Source of the DNA: Octopus sinensis
Taxonomy: Eukaryota
DNA length: 64,000 nt
Reading direction: 5' to 3'
NCBI RefSeq assembly: GCF_006345805.1
Contig: NC_043001.1
Span: forward strand, 99,138,001-99,202,000
Below the pieces are notes generated by a model. That model searched no databases. It was not told where the DNA came from and saw only the letters and a list, made by a program, of their open reading frames with translations. Of the stretch, positions 25,047 through 37,419 are shown in pieces. The first letter of the stretch is position 1; each line of letters starts with the position of its first letter. The position numbers were made by a program, and so were the translations under genes.

Positions 25047-25300
25047 TAAAGGAGAGTCAAAAATTATATGCACTCTTGATTTTACAGTGTATTTACACAA
25101 AAAAAGGGGATAAACAAGTACATCATTTTTGTATATAGTCTCCTTCTTTTTCAATGTAGTTGGTCCAGCAGTCCACTAGCTGGCATATTCCCTCCAAGAA
25201 AAAGGTTTTTGGTTGGTCATGCAACCATTTATGCATTGCTTCCTTCACATCTTCATCCATAGGAAATAGATATCCACATAAACCATCTTTGAGCAGTCCA
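25047..25300 (-). pseudogene. mariner transposase C-terminus with TIR remnant
   Basis: LKDGLCGYLFPMDEDVKEAMHKWLHDQPKTFFLEGICQLVDCWTNYIEKEGDYIQK*; terminal AAGGAGAGTCAAAAATTAT. Confidence 0.8.
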
Positions 25301-25339
25301 GAGATATGATCATCTGAGGGGGTGGGGGCGAGTTTGATA

Positions 25340-25915
25340 ATAATCAAACATCCAGTCAACATCATGGTGTTTGGAGTGACCACTTGTGATGGTGATGTTA
25401 TACCTCCAATCATCTTCCCACATGGCTTCAGACTCAGCATGGAGGCCTACATCAAGTGCCTGAAGGAGGTAGTGCTGCCCTGAGTCAAGAGGGTGGCTGC
25501 TGGAAGACCATATGTCTGACAACAGGACTCTGCACTGTGCCATGGAAGCAGGAGAACTCAGTCATAGCTGTCAGACAATTTCTGCAACCACATTACCCCT
25601 AACATCTGTCCACCTAACTCCTCAGACTGCAATTCCCTTGATTATTATGTGTGGAAAGCAGTTGAGTGAGAGACGACCAAAACTCATTGTAACACCAAAG
25701 ACGAACTGAAGGCAAGGATTATGGCAGCATTCTCCAACTTAAACAAGGAGAGTATCCAGAAGAGTTGCAGGAGATTCCAAAGTTGTCTAGAGGCCGTGGT
25801 TAAAACCAATGGTAATTTTATTGAATATATTTACTCTGTAGTATTTCAAGATATTTTTATGTAATTTTGATAAATATATCTGTTAAAACGAGTTGTCAGT
25901 GTTATTTCATTTCAC
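25340..25915 (+). pseudogene. maT-type (DD37D) transposase C-terminal half
   Basis: KHPVNIMVFGV...QQDSALCH...CPPNSSDCNSLDYYVW...LEAVVKTNGNFIE; 37 residues between the second and third Asp. Confidence 0.8.
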
Positions 25916-26754
25916 TGCTGTGCAGTAGGACTGAACTCAGAACCATGTGGTTGAGAAGCAAACTTCTTACCATACAGCCATGCCTGAACCTATATATATA
26001 TATAAATATTTATATGACAATCTTCTTTGCAACTTCTGTCTACTAAATAGATGAGGCATTGGTCAGCCCAGGGCTATTGTAAAAGACACTTGCCCAAGGT
26101 GCTACATTGTGGGACTGAACTTAAAGGATTGTGGGTGCCTATTGAGTTTCTTAATCACACCACACTGCACCACCGTACTTATACCTCTATGGCAATTATA
26201 TGGTAACTTTTTTCTTCAAGTTTTAAAAAATTCTCTAATAATTTTATGGACTGAAAGGGAATAAAAATCAGAGGGTGTCAAAGAGAAGCTAAGAATAGAT
26301 CTCAAACATAAAATTAATTAAACATGATTAAATTCAAATTCAATATGATAAAGATATTTTTTTCTTGAATTTCAAATAAAGATTAGATTTAAATTTTTGT
26401 AAAAATATTCTAGTTTTATCAATTCAAAATGCCAAACTGATACAACTAACAAAAATAGATTTGAATAATAGTCTTCCATGTTTGAATCTCTGTTTAGGCA
26501 AATCTCAGAGCAATAATAAATTCAGCAATAATTGAAACACAGTTCGTGTGTGTGTGTGCGCGTGCATGTTCGCACATGCCTAATGCATGCCTACACACAG
26601 ATGTGATTGTGCAGTTAAGAAGCTTCCTTCCCAACCATGCAGTCTTGGATTCAGTCCCACTGCACTGTACCTAAGGCAAGTGTCTTCTACTATTACCCTG
26701 GACTAACCAAAGACTTGTAAGTTTGGTAGATAGAGGCTGAAAGAAGTTTGTTGG

Positions 26755-26779
<25 letters not shown>

Positions 26780-26792
<13 letters not shown>

Positions 26793-27345
26793 TTTCCCCT
26801 GGTGAAGGCCAATTTATGGGGTTGCCCTGAGCTTCCATCCATAAAGGGTTTAACTTTATGGCATATCATCAGATCCCAAGAGTTGTTGGCCAAAAACCGC
26901 TTTAAAATACGGAGAGGAAAAGTCTCACTAGAAAGGCAAATATAAACAAGTGGATTATCTCCCTTTTCTAATGGCTCTCCACTTCCAGCGGTTCCCAAAA
27001 TGCCAGCAGAAATCTCCTAAAATGGAAACATGGCCCGAAGATCTCCATTCTGGAGTTAAGTATAGTCCTGGTTTCAGTGAGTCATTTAGGATTCTCATGC
27101 ATTCAGCTATACGTAACTTGCAGCATTTTGTCCCATTGATGAAGGGGGCCTGGGTTTTCGAGGATTTTCCATGAGATCATGTGTAGAACTCAGTTGTCTT
27201 TTAGTTGCCAAACATGGTTGGCCAGCGATGTTACATATCTCCTTTCCAGGACTCTGAAGGAGGATCTGTGGTTGAAAAAGTGTTTCTTGAGCGAATTTCC
27301 AGTACAACCAATGTACTTCTGTGGACACTCAATGCTGGTGCTGTA
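26780..27345 (-). pseudogene. Penelope-like GIY-YIG domain and 3' region ending at (TA)n
   Basis: KYIGCTGNSLKKHFFNHRSSFRVLERRYVTSLANHVWQLKDN...ISWKILE...LNSRMEIFGPCFH. Confidence 0.82.
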
Positions 27346-28500
27346 CTTGTTGTTGTTGCTGCTACTGTTGCTGTTGCTGCAGTTGTAGCTGCTGATGTCA
27401 TTGCTGTCACCAATGTTGTTGCTGCTGCTGCTGTAGATGCTGACAATGTTGGAGCTTTGGGTGCTGGAGGTGGTAGTTGGTTTGGTAATGTTACTGCCCC
27501 TGCATGTGTTGCCGGTAATGCACCTGTTGATGTTGTTACTAATACTGTCGATGTTGCCACTGATGTTGTTGTTGTCGTTGTCGCTGCTGCTGTTTGCTTG
27601 TTTGTTTATTGAGTGAAGCGGTCTTCGTCCCATAGCTCACAATATCGTGCCTCTGTAGTGGGAGAAGTCCAAAAGGTGGTCCTTTGCTATTCGTAAGACC
27701 CGCAGACGAGAAAGCAGGTCAACCCCCCAACACCGAGAGCATCGATGGATGGATGAATGTGCATCCAGGATCAGCAGTTGCGTAGGAAGTCGGGGACAAG
27801 AAACAGGAAGAAAGAGTGAGAGAAAGTTGGAGTGAAAGAGCACAACATGGGTCGCCACCACCCCCTGCCGGAGCCTCGTAGGGCTTAAGGTGTTTTCACT
27901 CTGCTGCTGCTGTTGCCATTGACGATGCTGTTGCTGGAGCCAGGGCTCTCAGTGTTGGCAAAGGTAGTGGTGATGGTGGCATTGGTAATGCTATTGCCAT
28001 TGCCAGTTATAGAGGAGGCGCTGTAGTTATTAACACTGTAGCTAAGGTTGTTGCTATTATTATTGTGGTCTTCAACAATGGTGGTGAGGGCTGCTACTGG
28101 TGCCAGAGGTGTCATTAGTTGAACTTATGCTGGTGCTTCTGCTAGGGCCGGTGTTGCTGCTGTTGGTGTTGTTTCTTGTATAGTTGGTGTTGGCACTGGG
28201 TCTGTTACTGCTGTTACAATTGATCCTGCCAGTCTGGGCATTGGCAGGTCTGCTACTGTGGACATCAGGGAAGCCACTGGTAAGGCGACATTCCTGTAGT
28301 TGATGTTAGTGATGGGGCCATTGGGGGTGTTGTTGGCGCTGCTGTTGTTGATGTTGCTAAAGCTGTCCACTGTAGTTGCAGTGGCGGTATTGTTGGCCCT
28401 GTTGTTGGTTCTGTTATCATATCTATGGCTGCTATTGTTTTTGTCAGTAGAATTGGCAGGGTTCGCTTGTACTTCAACTTGCTAGACGACTCCTTTGGTT
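27345..28500. repeat. GCT/GTT/GGT-derived low-complexity block with a nested SINE-like segment (~27610-27900)
   Basis: Trinucleotide-periodic Ala/Thr/Asn-type reading frames; central AAACAGGAAGAAAGAGTGAGAGAAAG...CCCCTGCCGGAGCCTCG segment recalled as an octopus SINE. Confidence 0.6.
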
Positions 28501-29816
28501 TCACAGTGGCCTCTACTAGGCAACTGTTGTGGATCCTACACACACAAACACAGGAACAAATAAAAAGAAAAACTACAATAAAAAGGGGGAATCTAATTTT
28601 CTGTTTGGTGTGTTAGGGGCAAGATTTGTCTTGCAGAATTTTGTGACTTGAGGTAATGGTTGTATAAACAATCAAAAAGGGTTTTCAAGTTCTTGATTTA
28701 TGCGAAGGTTGCATCCAGGATTTAGGATTTCAGCAAGAGAAACCACAAAATGATCCAAGAAAAGATTCATGTAGTAATCTTTTATCTTTTACTTGTGTTG
28801 GTCATTAGACTGTGGCCATGCTGGGGCACTGCTTTGAAGTATTTTTACTCAAATGAATTGACCCCATTACTTTTTTTTTAAAGCCTGATACTTATTCTAT
28901 CAATTTCTTTTGCTAAATTATAAAATTATGCAGATGTAAATACACCAACACTGGTTGTCGAGTGGTGATGGGGGACAAACACACACACACACACACGACA
29001 AGTTTCTTTCAGCTTTTGTCTACCAAATCCACTCACAAGGCTATAGCAGAAGACACTTGCCCAAGGTGTCACACAGCGCGACTGAACCTGGAACCATGTG
29101 GTTGGAAAGTAAGCTTCTTACCACACATCCACGCCTAAATATTATTAGGAATTGTACAAAAAAAAATTGTTAAAATATTTTGTGTATTTTAGAAGTATGC
29201 CCAATTTATTGCACATAAATGTTAACAACACAATCTTATATAGACCCCAAAGGGCCATGTGGACTCTGGTTGAGAAACACTGTTCTAGATGCTAATCTAT
29301 TGCAGATTAAAAAGTCCTGAAATAACTGTAAGCTAATCCCTAAAACATCGTAAATGACACTTGTGTTATGGTCAAATAGCAATAAAAGAGCCTCAACCAA
29401 AGGGAAATAGCAGCCATATGTCTTTCAAATCACTCTCCATCATTTTGGAAAAGAAGGGACACCTAGATATACAAATATACAATATAAATTTGGCTGACCT
29501 CAAGCTAAACAACAAGTGTTATGGCTGAAGATAAAAGACAGAGTAGTTGCTACAGATTTCAATTCAAGACAGCAAGTGGTAGTCTAATATCTTATCTACA
29601 AGACCAGAGAAGAAATTGAGAAGTAAACATGTATCAAGTAACCATGTATCCTTTTACATTTGGAACATGGCTTATAGCTTGTGAAAGATTTTATTCCCAT
29701 AAAGTAAACCAACACTTATAACAGTAAAGCAATTTAAATAGTGTTCATGACTAGTATGAGAGCTGGTAATATAAAGAACATTCTTGAAGTGTTTGTGTGG
29801 AAGGGAGGGTGAGTAC

Positions 29817-29862
<46 letters not shown>

Positions 29863-30334
29863 AAACTTCAAAAATGTTGAACATAGTGAAAATCAAGAAA
29901 CCTTTAAACTGGTTTTGCTTCTGAACTCTAACACAGGAAGTGTGCTAAAACCAGATAAATCATTCATTAAAGCTCAACAGGAAAATCAAACTTTTATCAA
30001 ATTTATTATAAGTAAAAATATGAGAATAGTAAGAAAGAGATGGACAGAAAGAGAGAGAGAGAAGGAGTGAATGAGGAATAGTTAAGGAAAGGCAAGAGGA
30101 GGAACATCAGAAACATATAGTAACAGATTGTCAGGGAAAGAGAGAGGGACACATTCACATATGTATATGAGTGTGTGTGCATGAAAATGTATAAAGATAC
30201 ATTGAAAAAAAAAAAAATATATATATATATATATATTTACAAATTTTACTTGTTTCAGTCATTAGACTGCAGCCATGCTGAGGGCACTGCCTTGAATTTT
30301 TAGTTGAATGAATTGACTCCAGTACTTCAGTTTT

Positions 30335-30788
30335 TGTTGTAGGGAATTAGTAATAATGGTACACCTCTTCCACATGATGAGTGGAATGAACCAGTCACTA
30401 TAATTAAGGTGACATCAGCCAGTATTGAGGAGAGTACAAATAGACTGTGTTGATAGTTGTGTCTGTGCTGATATAGTAATTATGCTGTGATAATGAGTGG
30501 ATGTTATAACAATCCAGCCTTTTGGGGATAATAACACTATACAACTGGGGATTGTACAGTGCCAAATAGAAACATTCTATTGACAACTTCAGAATATAAC
30601 AATATCTGTTAGAGTGACAACTGTCGTACAAAGACAGATATAACAGTGGTGATGAGGATAAACCAATTCACATGGAGTTGTAGTGGCAATATATATTCAG
30701 TACCAGGTGTTTATATGGCTGCGTGTATAATATTACAAGAGTTCATATAGAGATGAAGAATAAATTCAAGAACTATATGTTTACTACA
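30335..30788 (+). repeat. Putative 5' LTR of the Gypsy relic
   Basis: Starts TGTTGTAG, ends TACTACA, AATAAA at 30759-30764, directly upstream of gag; no partner LTR seen. Confidence 0.5.
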
Positions 30789-32460
30789 TAAAAATACATT
30801 TTATTTACTGGTCAATGATGATACATAATCAAAATGTTGAATCTAGTTGAATGAAATTACGGAAGATTTATTGACCAGTTTGCTTCAGTTGCAAAAACAG
30901 TAACAACATCAGTTGAAAGAACAACAACAACAGTAAATACAACTCCAAGAGTAACAACAGAAGCAACAACAACAACAATTAATACTACAGCAACAAATGC
31001 TGCAATTACTGATGTAGCCAGGAAAGTCAGGAAAAGTGTTTTTGCCAGACTATGTTATGAATTCAATAACTGAATTCAAATGTGAACCTGATGAAGGAGT
31101 TACCTTCGAGGCTTACTACAGAAGATATGAGCAAATCTTCACAAAAGAATGTAAAAATTAGGATGCAAGATAAAAACTCAATTAATTGTCAGAAAACTGG
31201 CGCCAACAGAACATGAACAATGCAGTAATTTTGTACTCCCAAGAAAACCTTTGGACATAAACTTTAATGACACAATTGATATATTATATAAAATTTTCAG
31301 TGAAGAAAGTTCATTGTTCAACACACATTGAAAGTGTCTGAACATAGAGAAAAACAACAACAAAGACTTTATCACATATGCTGATAGGGTAAACAGGGAA
31401 TGCAAGAAGTTTAAGCTGGATAAATCAACTCCAGATATATTCAAATGCCTGATTTTTACACAGGGATTAACTGCTGAAAAGGACCCAGAAGTCAGAACTA
31501 GAATTCTTGCAAAGCTGGAGCAAAACCAGGATGTAACCCAGCAAAAGTATCTGAAGAATGTGAAAGGATACTTAAATTAAGACACGACACAGAGGAAATT
31601 GAATGTAAAGATTGTTTCCGAGTAAAACCAGTGTGGAATAGTCTGAATAGAGATAATGTGTTTTCTAAAATACACGACAAATATCAGGATTTAAACCCAT
31701 GTTTTGCATCTGGTGGTATGCACTTGAGGAAAAATTGTCCATTTAAAAAAAAGCGTGTTTTCATTGTGGAAAATAGGACATATAAAGTCACACTGTAGAA
31801 TGGATGATAAAACGTCAGAACAAAGAGAAAAAAGTAAATTGTTTGTCATTGAATAAAAAGTTTCATATAATGAACAGAAAACATTTGTAAATGTGAAAAT
31901 TAAAAATACAAGTGTAAAATTGAAGTTCAACACAGGTAGTGACATGATCACTATAAACAAAAAAACCATGGAGATATATCAGTAAGCCAACATTAATTAG
32001 ATCTAAAAAGGTAGCACATGGTGTTACAGGAAAAAGATTATGTTTTATCGGTGAATGTGTATGTAGCATAACATTTCAAGTTCAAACGAAAAAGTCTAAG
32101 ATATATGTATTAAAACATTCACTGAACTTATTTGGCATAGAGTGGATACAATGATTTAATTTATGGGATACACCCATAAGTGTTTTGTGTAAATGTACAG
32201 TTGCCTCAGTCGAAGGTTCAAATGAGGCCAAATGACTGAAGCAAAAGATTGCAGTAAGACACAAAACATCTGTATCTAGGTCAAAAAGAAACGTACCGTT
32301 TGCAGCAATAGACCAAGTTAACAAAGAAATGGAAAGACTGGAAAGTCTTAGTATAATTGAAAAGAATGACCACGCAGACTGGGCAACACCAACGGTTTAC
32401 GTGAAAAAGAAGACTGACAAACGAAGAGTTTGTATAGATTTTTCAACAAGGGTGAACAGT
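30335..32460 (+). mobile_element. Decayed Ty3/Gypsy element (K02A2.6-like): putative LTR, gag, protease, start of RT
   Basis: PDYVMNSITEFKCEPDEGVTFEAYYRRYE...FKCLIFTQGL; two knuckles (CFASGGMHLRKNC, CFHCGK*GHIKSHC); LKFNTGSDM; DWATPTVYVKK...RVCIDFS. Confidence 0.85.
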
Positions 32461-33349
32461 TTGTTTCTTTCAAACCTACACAAACACAAGGACAGATATA
32501 CACACACACATACATACATATATGACAAGGCTATAGCAGAAGATACTTGCTCAAGGTGTCACACAGTGGGACTGAACTTGGAACCATGTGGCTGGGAAGT
32601 AAGCTTCTTACCACACAGTCATGCCTAAATATTATTAGGAATTGTACAAAAAAAAAAGATATTTTGTGTATTGTAGAAGTATAACTAATTTATCTATTTG
32701 TTCGTTTCTTATGGGCAGAATTGGTCCACGAGTAGTATCAAGCAAACAACTCTTCGTTATAAACATGTTTTTCAGTCACTTTCTGATGAACAATGCTGCA
32801 GTTTCCATCTACGAAATTCAGTCACAAGTCTGTGGTTGGCCTAGGGCTATAGTAGAAAACACTTGCCCAAGGTATTATGCTGAGGGACTGAACATGGAAC
32901 CATGTGGTTGAGAAGCAGACTTCTCAAACACACAGTCATTCTTGTATCTAATGTGTGTGCGTGTGTGATTACATTTGTTGTTAAATCGAGTATTGTGTCC
33001 CACTATGTCTCAAAGTTAGCAGTTCATCAAGCAGAGATCTATAAAATAAATGCCAGACTGAAATACATACTGAGGCTAGTATGATCAATCAAATCTTCAA
33101 AGATGATACCCTATCATGGCAACAGTCGAAAGGTTAAACCCAGTAAAATAATGTTTAAAGATTTAATGGCTTCAAATTTAAGGTTATAGATTACTAACCA
33201 CAAGATAATGAGTTCAAAACTTTGTATTAAACTTCCACTCTACATGGTAACACTATATGTACATCCCAGCCTACTTGACTTCCAACAATTAATAATTGTA
33301 ATTAAGCAATAAGAAAGATACAACCATTAGGCTTTGGAACAGTGCAATG

Positions 33350-33680
33350 ACAACCAGTTTGGCAGCTGTTATAGCTCTCAACTCTAAAGTTTGTTGCCAA
33401 TACCTCTAAGATCTTCCATACATATATCACCATATATCCCTCCTGTTTTTACTCCAGGGAGTAGAGTTGTAGCTCTTTCAGTCTCTCCTGGTTGCTCAGA
33501 TGTTCCATTAATGTTCATATCAATCCCCAGATCACACGCTGTACTTTACTCTGGGATTGCTGCTCCTTTTGGTCTAAAGTGCCATTGTTGTGTTATGTGA
33601 GTAGTAACTAGTTGTTAGTGGAGAGCTTGGAATTTCCCTGCATTAAGTTGCATATTGTTTTCTTCTACCCATTTATATAC
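33350..33680 (-). pseudogene. CR1/L2-group LINE C-terminal relic
   Basis: Minus strand LSNQERLKELQLYSLE*...YMVIYVWKILE. Confidence 0.7.
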
Positions 33681-34147
33681 GGCATCTAGGTTTTTCTGTT
33701 GAAGATTGGAATTAAACAACAACAATAATAATGACAGTGATAATACCAAGGAAAGAACCTGCATGAGAGGAAGATCAAGGAATGCATGGGAAGAATGGAA
33801 GTTGATATGAGAAGGTTAAACTTCAGGAAAGAGATGACAAAGGATCATAAATAGCAAGATGCTGTGCTAAATAAGATCTGTTCAACTTATGCAATCATAG
33901 AAAAATAGATTTAAAATGATGATGATGATAAAGATGTTAATCATAGTGACAGTGGCACTAGCCCTCCTCCTCCTGCTATTGCTGCTGATGATGATAACGA
34001 TGATGATGATGAACTCATAAGCTGTTTTATTTCTTGTCTAGTTGCTCTTTATATCATCAAGCACCAAGTTAGAAATGATCACAGGTGTTTATCAAGGCAT
34101 CAGCACTAGAGAAGTCATTTACCCTAACTATAAGGCTTCTTGTTTTC

Positions 34148-34200
34148 TTCTATATCAGTTTAATATCTGAATAATTGCTCCTAATTCCTCTACATGAGTT
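34148..34200 (+). pseudogene. Short U2 snRNA-like fragment
   Basis: TATCAGTTTAATATCTGA (34153-34170) matches U2 stem-loop IIa as I recall it; weak TCCTCTA..GAG match further on. Confidence 0.4.
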
Positions 34201-34318
34201 GTTATCAGCATGGCATGTGGAGTCACAGTTCTTCTCCTTTCTCAACAAGAAGTTAATAAAGAGTAAAAAGATGAAAAATAATGGTGAAAAGGATAAACTA
34301 AATAAGAAACATTCAGCA

Positions 34319-34398
<80 letters not shown>

Positions 34399-35319
34399 AG
34401 ATTTAAGATTAACAAGAAAAGCAAGTGAAATATGAAAAAAAAATGACAACATTGGATACAAGAAAGACTTGGAAAGAAAGAGTTAATTGTATAATGAAAG
34501 TAAAACAGGAAGGTGGTGAGAAGTACAAATTGATATGCAGTACTTAAAATGTGTAATTAACACATGAAGTATAAATTTAAACTCTACATGGGAGAAACAA
34601 ATGAGAATAAAGACTGGTACTTTACACTGCATGTAATTGTTGATATGTATGTAGCTGAAACTCTGTATTGTATGTAACTGGTGCTCACTACACTGTGTAA
34701 CTAGTGTTGTAATTTAGTAATGTGTTCAGCAAGCAATACATAGAATCTACATTTTCCTGTCAGAGAGTCTTCATTTTCCTTTTTCCAAAATTAATCACTG
34801 TTGTTGTTTAACCCCATGTCAGTCCTGATCCAGCAGTTGTGTGACCAAAAGTATATCAGCCTTGACCATCCCATCTGTTTTAAGCATATGTTGTTGATGA
34901 CATTGATGGTTGTTGCTACTGCTGTCATTTGTAATGAAGTAAGATTTATTAGTAGAAGAGGGCTCTTTTTTGCAAAGTTAAAGAGGAAATTTCATTATTC
35001 TTGCATTTTTATGAGATTGTAGACTAAAAGTGCTGGCACCACAGATATTGCAGAATATTGTTAGCAGATCTCTATCATAACTTTTTCTCTCTTTGCTTCC
35101 TTTTGTTCCATCCAGTTTGACCCTGCAGCATTTATCACTTTCTTTATAAACCTCTGCCTTTATTGGCACTGTTTTGCAGTGTTTTCCAAACTTTTTTACT
35201 GAATGCTCATCAAAAATACTAAAACACTTACTACAACCCTTAGAATTTACAGTATGCAAGAGAGGTAGTCCACCACAAAGTCCAGTCCTTGTTGTGGTAT
35301 ACTGACTTGTAAGTCTCAG

Positions 35320-35760
35320 TGACCCTGAGCTATGCCAACAGAGTGCAGGCTCCTAATAGGGCCTCCTATGCTGGACAGGTCAAAAGAGAGAGACTAGACC
35401 AATACGGACCATCTCTTCCCAGAAGTAAGAATGAGTTTGCATGGTTAACACTTCTACCTAAAACAAAAAAGCAAAGTTACAGAAGCATTGATGACAATTA
35501 AAAACCAACAAGACCTGGAAAAGCAGGGAAGCCTTCTTTCAGGTAAACATATGACATACAGCAGCAAATTCTGAATGGACAAGTCAAGCCTTGACCTGGA
35601 ACCCACCAGGGAGGCAAAAGATGGCAGGATACTGAAACAGAGCTGAAGAAACAGAGAACCAACTGGAGAAATGCAGAAAAAACATCTCAGAATTGAGAAC
35701 AGTGGAGCAAGTTGTTGATAGCCTATGCTCCTTAGAGAATGAAGAGCTTAAGTAAGTAAT
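35320..35760 (+). mobile_element. Bipartite RTE derivative: 5'-UTR-like motif joined to the ORF 3' end and (TAAG)n tail
   Basis: TAGGGCCTCCTATGCTGGACAGGTC...CTAGACCAA, then ALTWNPPG...TELKKQRTNWRNAEK...LCSLENEE and TAAGTAAGTAA. Confidence 0.6.
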
Positions 35761-35773
35761 AGAGACAAATGTA

Positions 35774-36660
35774 CCAGGTGGTACCAAAAGGTTCCCAGAC
35801 TAGTTATGCTTAATAAAAAATAACTTATTTGCTTAAGTTTTATCATCATCTCCTTTGAAATAGTCACCTTGCACAGCAATACATTGGTCTCACTTTTGGA
35901 ATCTGGCCTGGAAGTCATTTTCCGTAAGTCAGTCAAGGACCTTCAGCAATTCACTATGGATCTCAGCAACAGTGTTAAAATGGTGACCTTTCAGGTGCAT
36001 TTTCATTTTCGGGAAGAGATGGAAGTCTACAGGTGCTAAATCTGGCAAATAGGGTAGGTGAAGAAGTGACACCATGTTGTTTATGGCAAGAAACTCAGAA
36101 GTGAGGAGAGCTCAGTTACAGGGTGCACTGTCATTGTGAAGAACCTAATACATTGTACCCTGCAGATCCGGTTACTTTCACCAAATGTCTTCCCTCAAAT
36201 GCTTCAAAACGTCACAGTAAAACTTTTGATTGATGGTCTGACCCTGGGGGATGAATTCTCGATGCACAATTCCACATTTGCAGGGGTGACACTCATAACA
36301 GGTCTTCCAGATCATCCATCATCTTCCAGCAACGTTCTTCTGCTTTTGAAGTGCCCATACCACTTGAAACATTGAGTATGACCCACTGCTTCATCACTAT
36401 AAGTGTGCCGAAGCATGCTCAATGTCTCTGTAGCAGACTTCCCAAGTTTAATCCAAAATTTTACGTTGGCTCTTTGTTCCTGTCCATGACAGAAGCATAT
36501 ACATGATCACAAAAACACAAATTTCACAACTTGTGAAGTAAACATAGTGATGTCACTTGGCCCACTGCCTCATGAAGGTCACTTCATGGCAGCATGCAAC
36601 CATGTGCTGCCATCTGTTGGCATGCCTCTAAACTAGTCTGGGAACTTTTTGATAGGCATT
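35774..36660 (-). mobile_element. Internally deleted mariner element with both TIRs
   Basis: TIR core AAAAGGTTCCCAGACTAGTT / AACTAGTCTGGGAACTTTT; N-terminal EQRANVKF..KLGKSATET..., C-terminal PYLPDLAPVDFHLFPKMK; catalytic middle missing. Confidence 0.82.
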
Positions 36661-37419
36661 AGATTCTAATTGTCATTCCATTATTGTATATGGTAGGTTG
36701 TAAACTGAGGAAGATTTTACTGCTTTATTCTAGCAGGATGAGCAACCACATACAGGGTCACTCATTGGCTCGTTCTAAAAGTGGCACTCCTTCATGACAT
36801 TAGTTGTGATTGCTAAAATGAACCAAAGAAATAAACAGCTAAATAATGAAATAATAAAATCAAGGTGGTGGATATACACATAAGAAATGATTTAAGAGAG
36901 AAAGAAAAGGAAAATAATCCAAGTTAGAGAGTTTGCTAAACAGAAGTGTATACAGACAGACAGACGTGCATGCATGCCTACATGCATACAAACATGTGTG
37001 TATGAGCAGAGAAGAAAGAACCTACATTCCAGATTGGCCGTTAGAGAGATATGAAAACAAGATCACAACAGGCGAGTGTTAGTGTATCTTGGTGTAAAGT
37101 TGAGGCCAGCCAACATTTCTTGCGGAACTTTTATTGTCAGAAAAAAAAGAAAAGAAAAGAAAACTATTTGGGTAGATGATTCAACCTAAATATAATTATT
37201 ACATAAAAACAAAAGTAAAAAGGAAAAGTATAGCTAAATATAACGTCATTTCTTTTAATTAAATCATCTGATTTAGTTGTCTCAAGTAATTTTACTCTGC
37301 TTCACATCAACACACAAACATCTGTTCGTTTGTACAATAGATATGAAAACGGTTATTGTTGTTATTAAGCAGACCTTTTAAAAATCAAGCAAGCAGAAAG
37401 AACAAGATGTTAACATTGA

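Noticed and set aside
27690-27730. Minus-strand GACCTGC-TTTCTCGTCT-GCGGGTC...CGAA as an HDV-like ribozyme
   Set aside because: Folds as a simple hairpin; no P1.1, P2 or P4 topology found
32783-32820. CTGATGA...GAAA spacing like a hammerhead
   Set aside because: No helix II; it is a decayed SINE segment
34978-35259. 93-aa Cys/Lys-rich minus-strand ORF
   Set aside because: No recognisable domain or splice context; faint resemblance to decayed RTE sequence
35350-35415. HDV-like ribozyme in the RTE 5' motif
   Set aside because: I could not assign P1 and P2 pairings in this decayed copy
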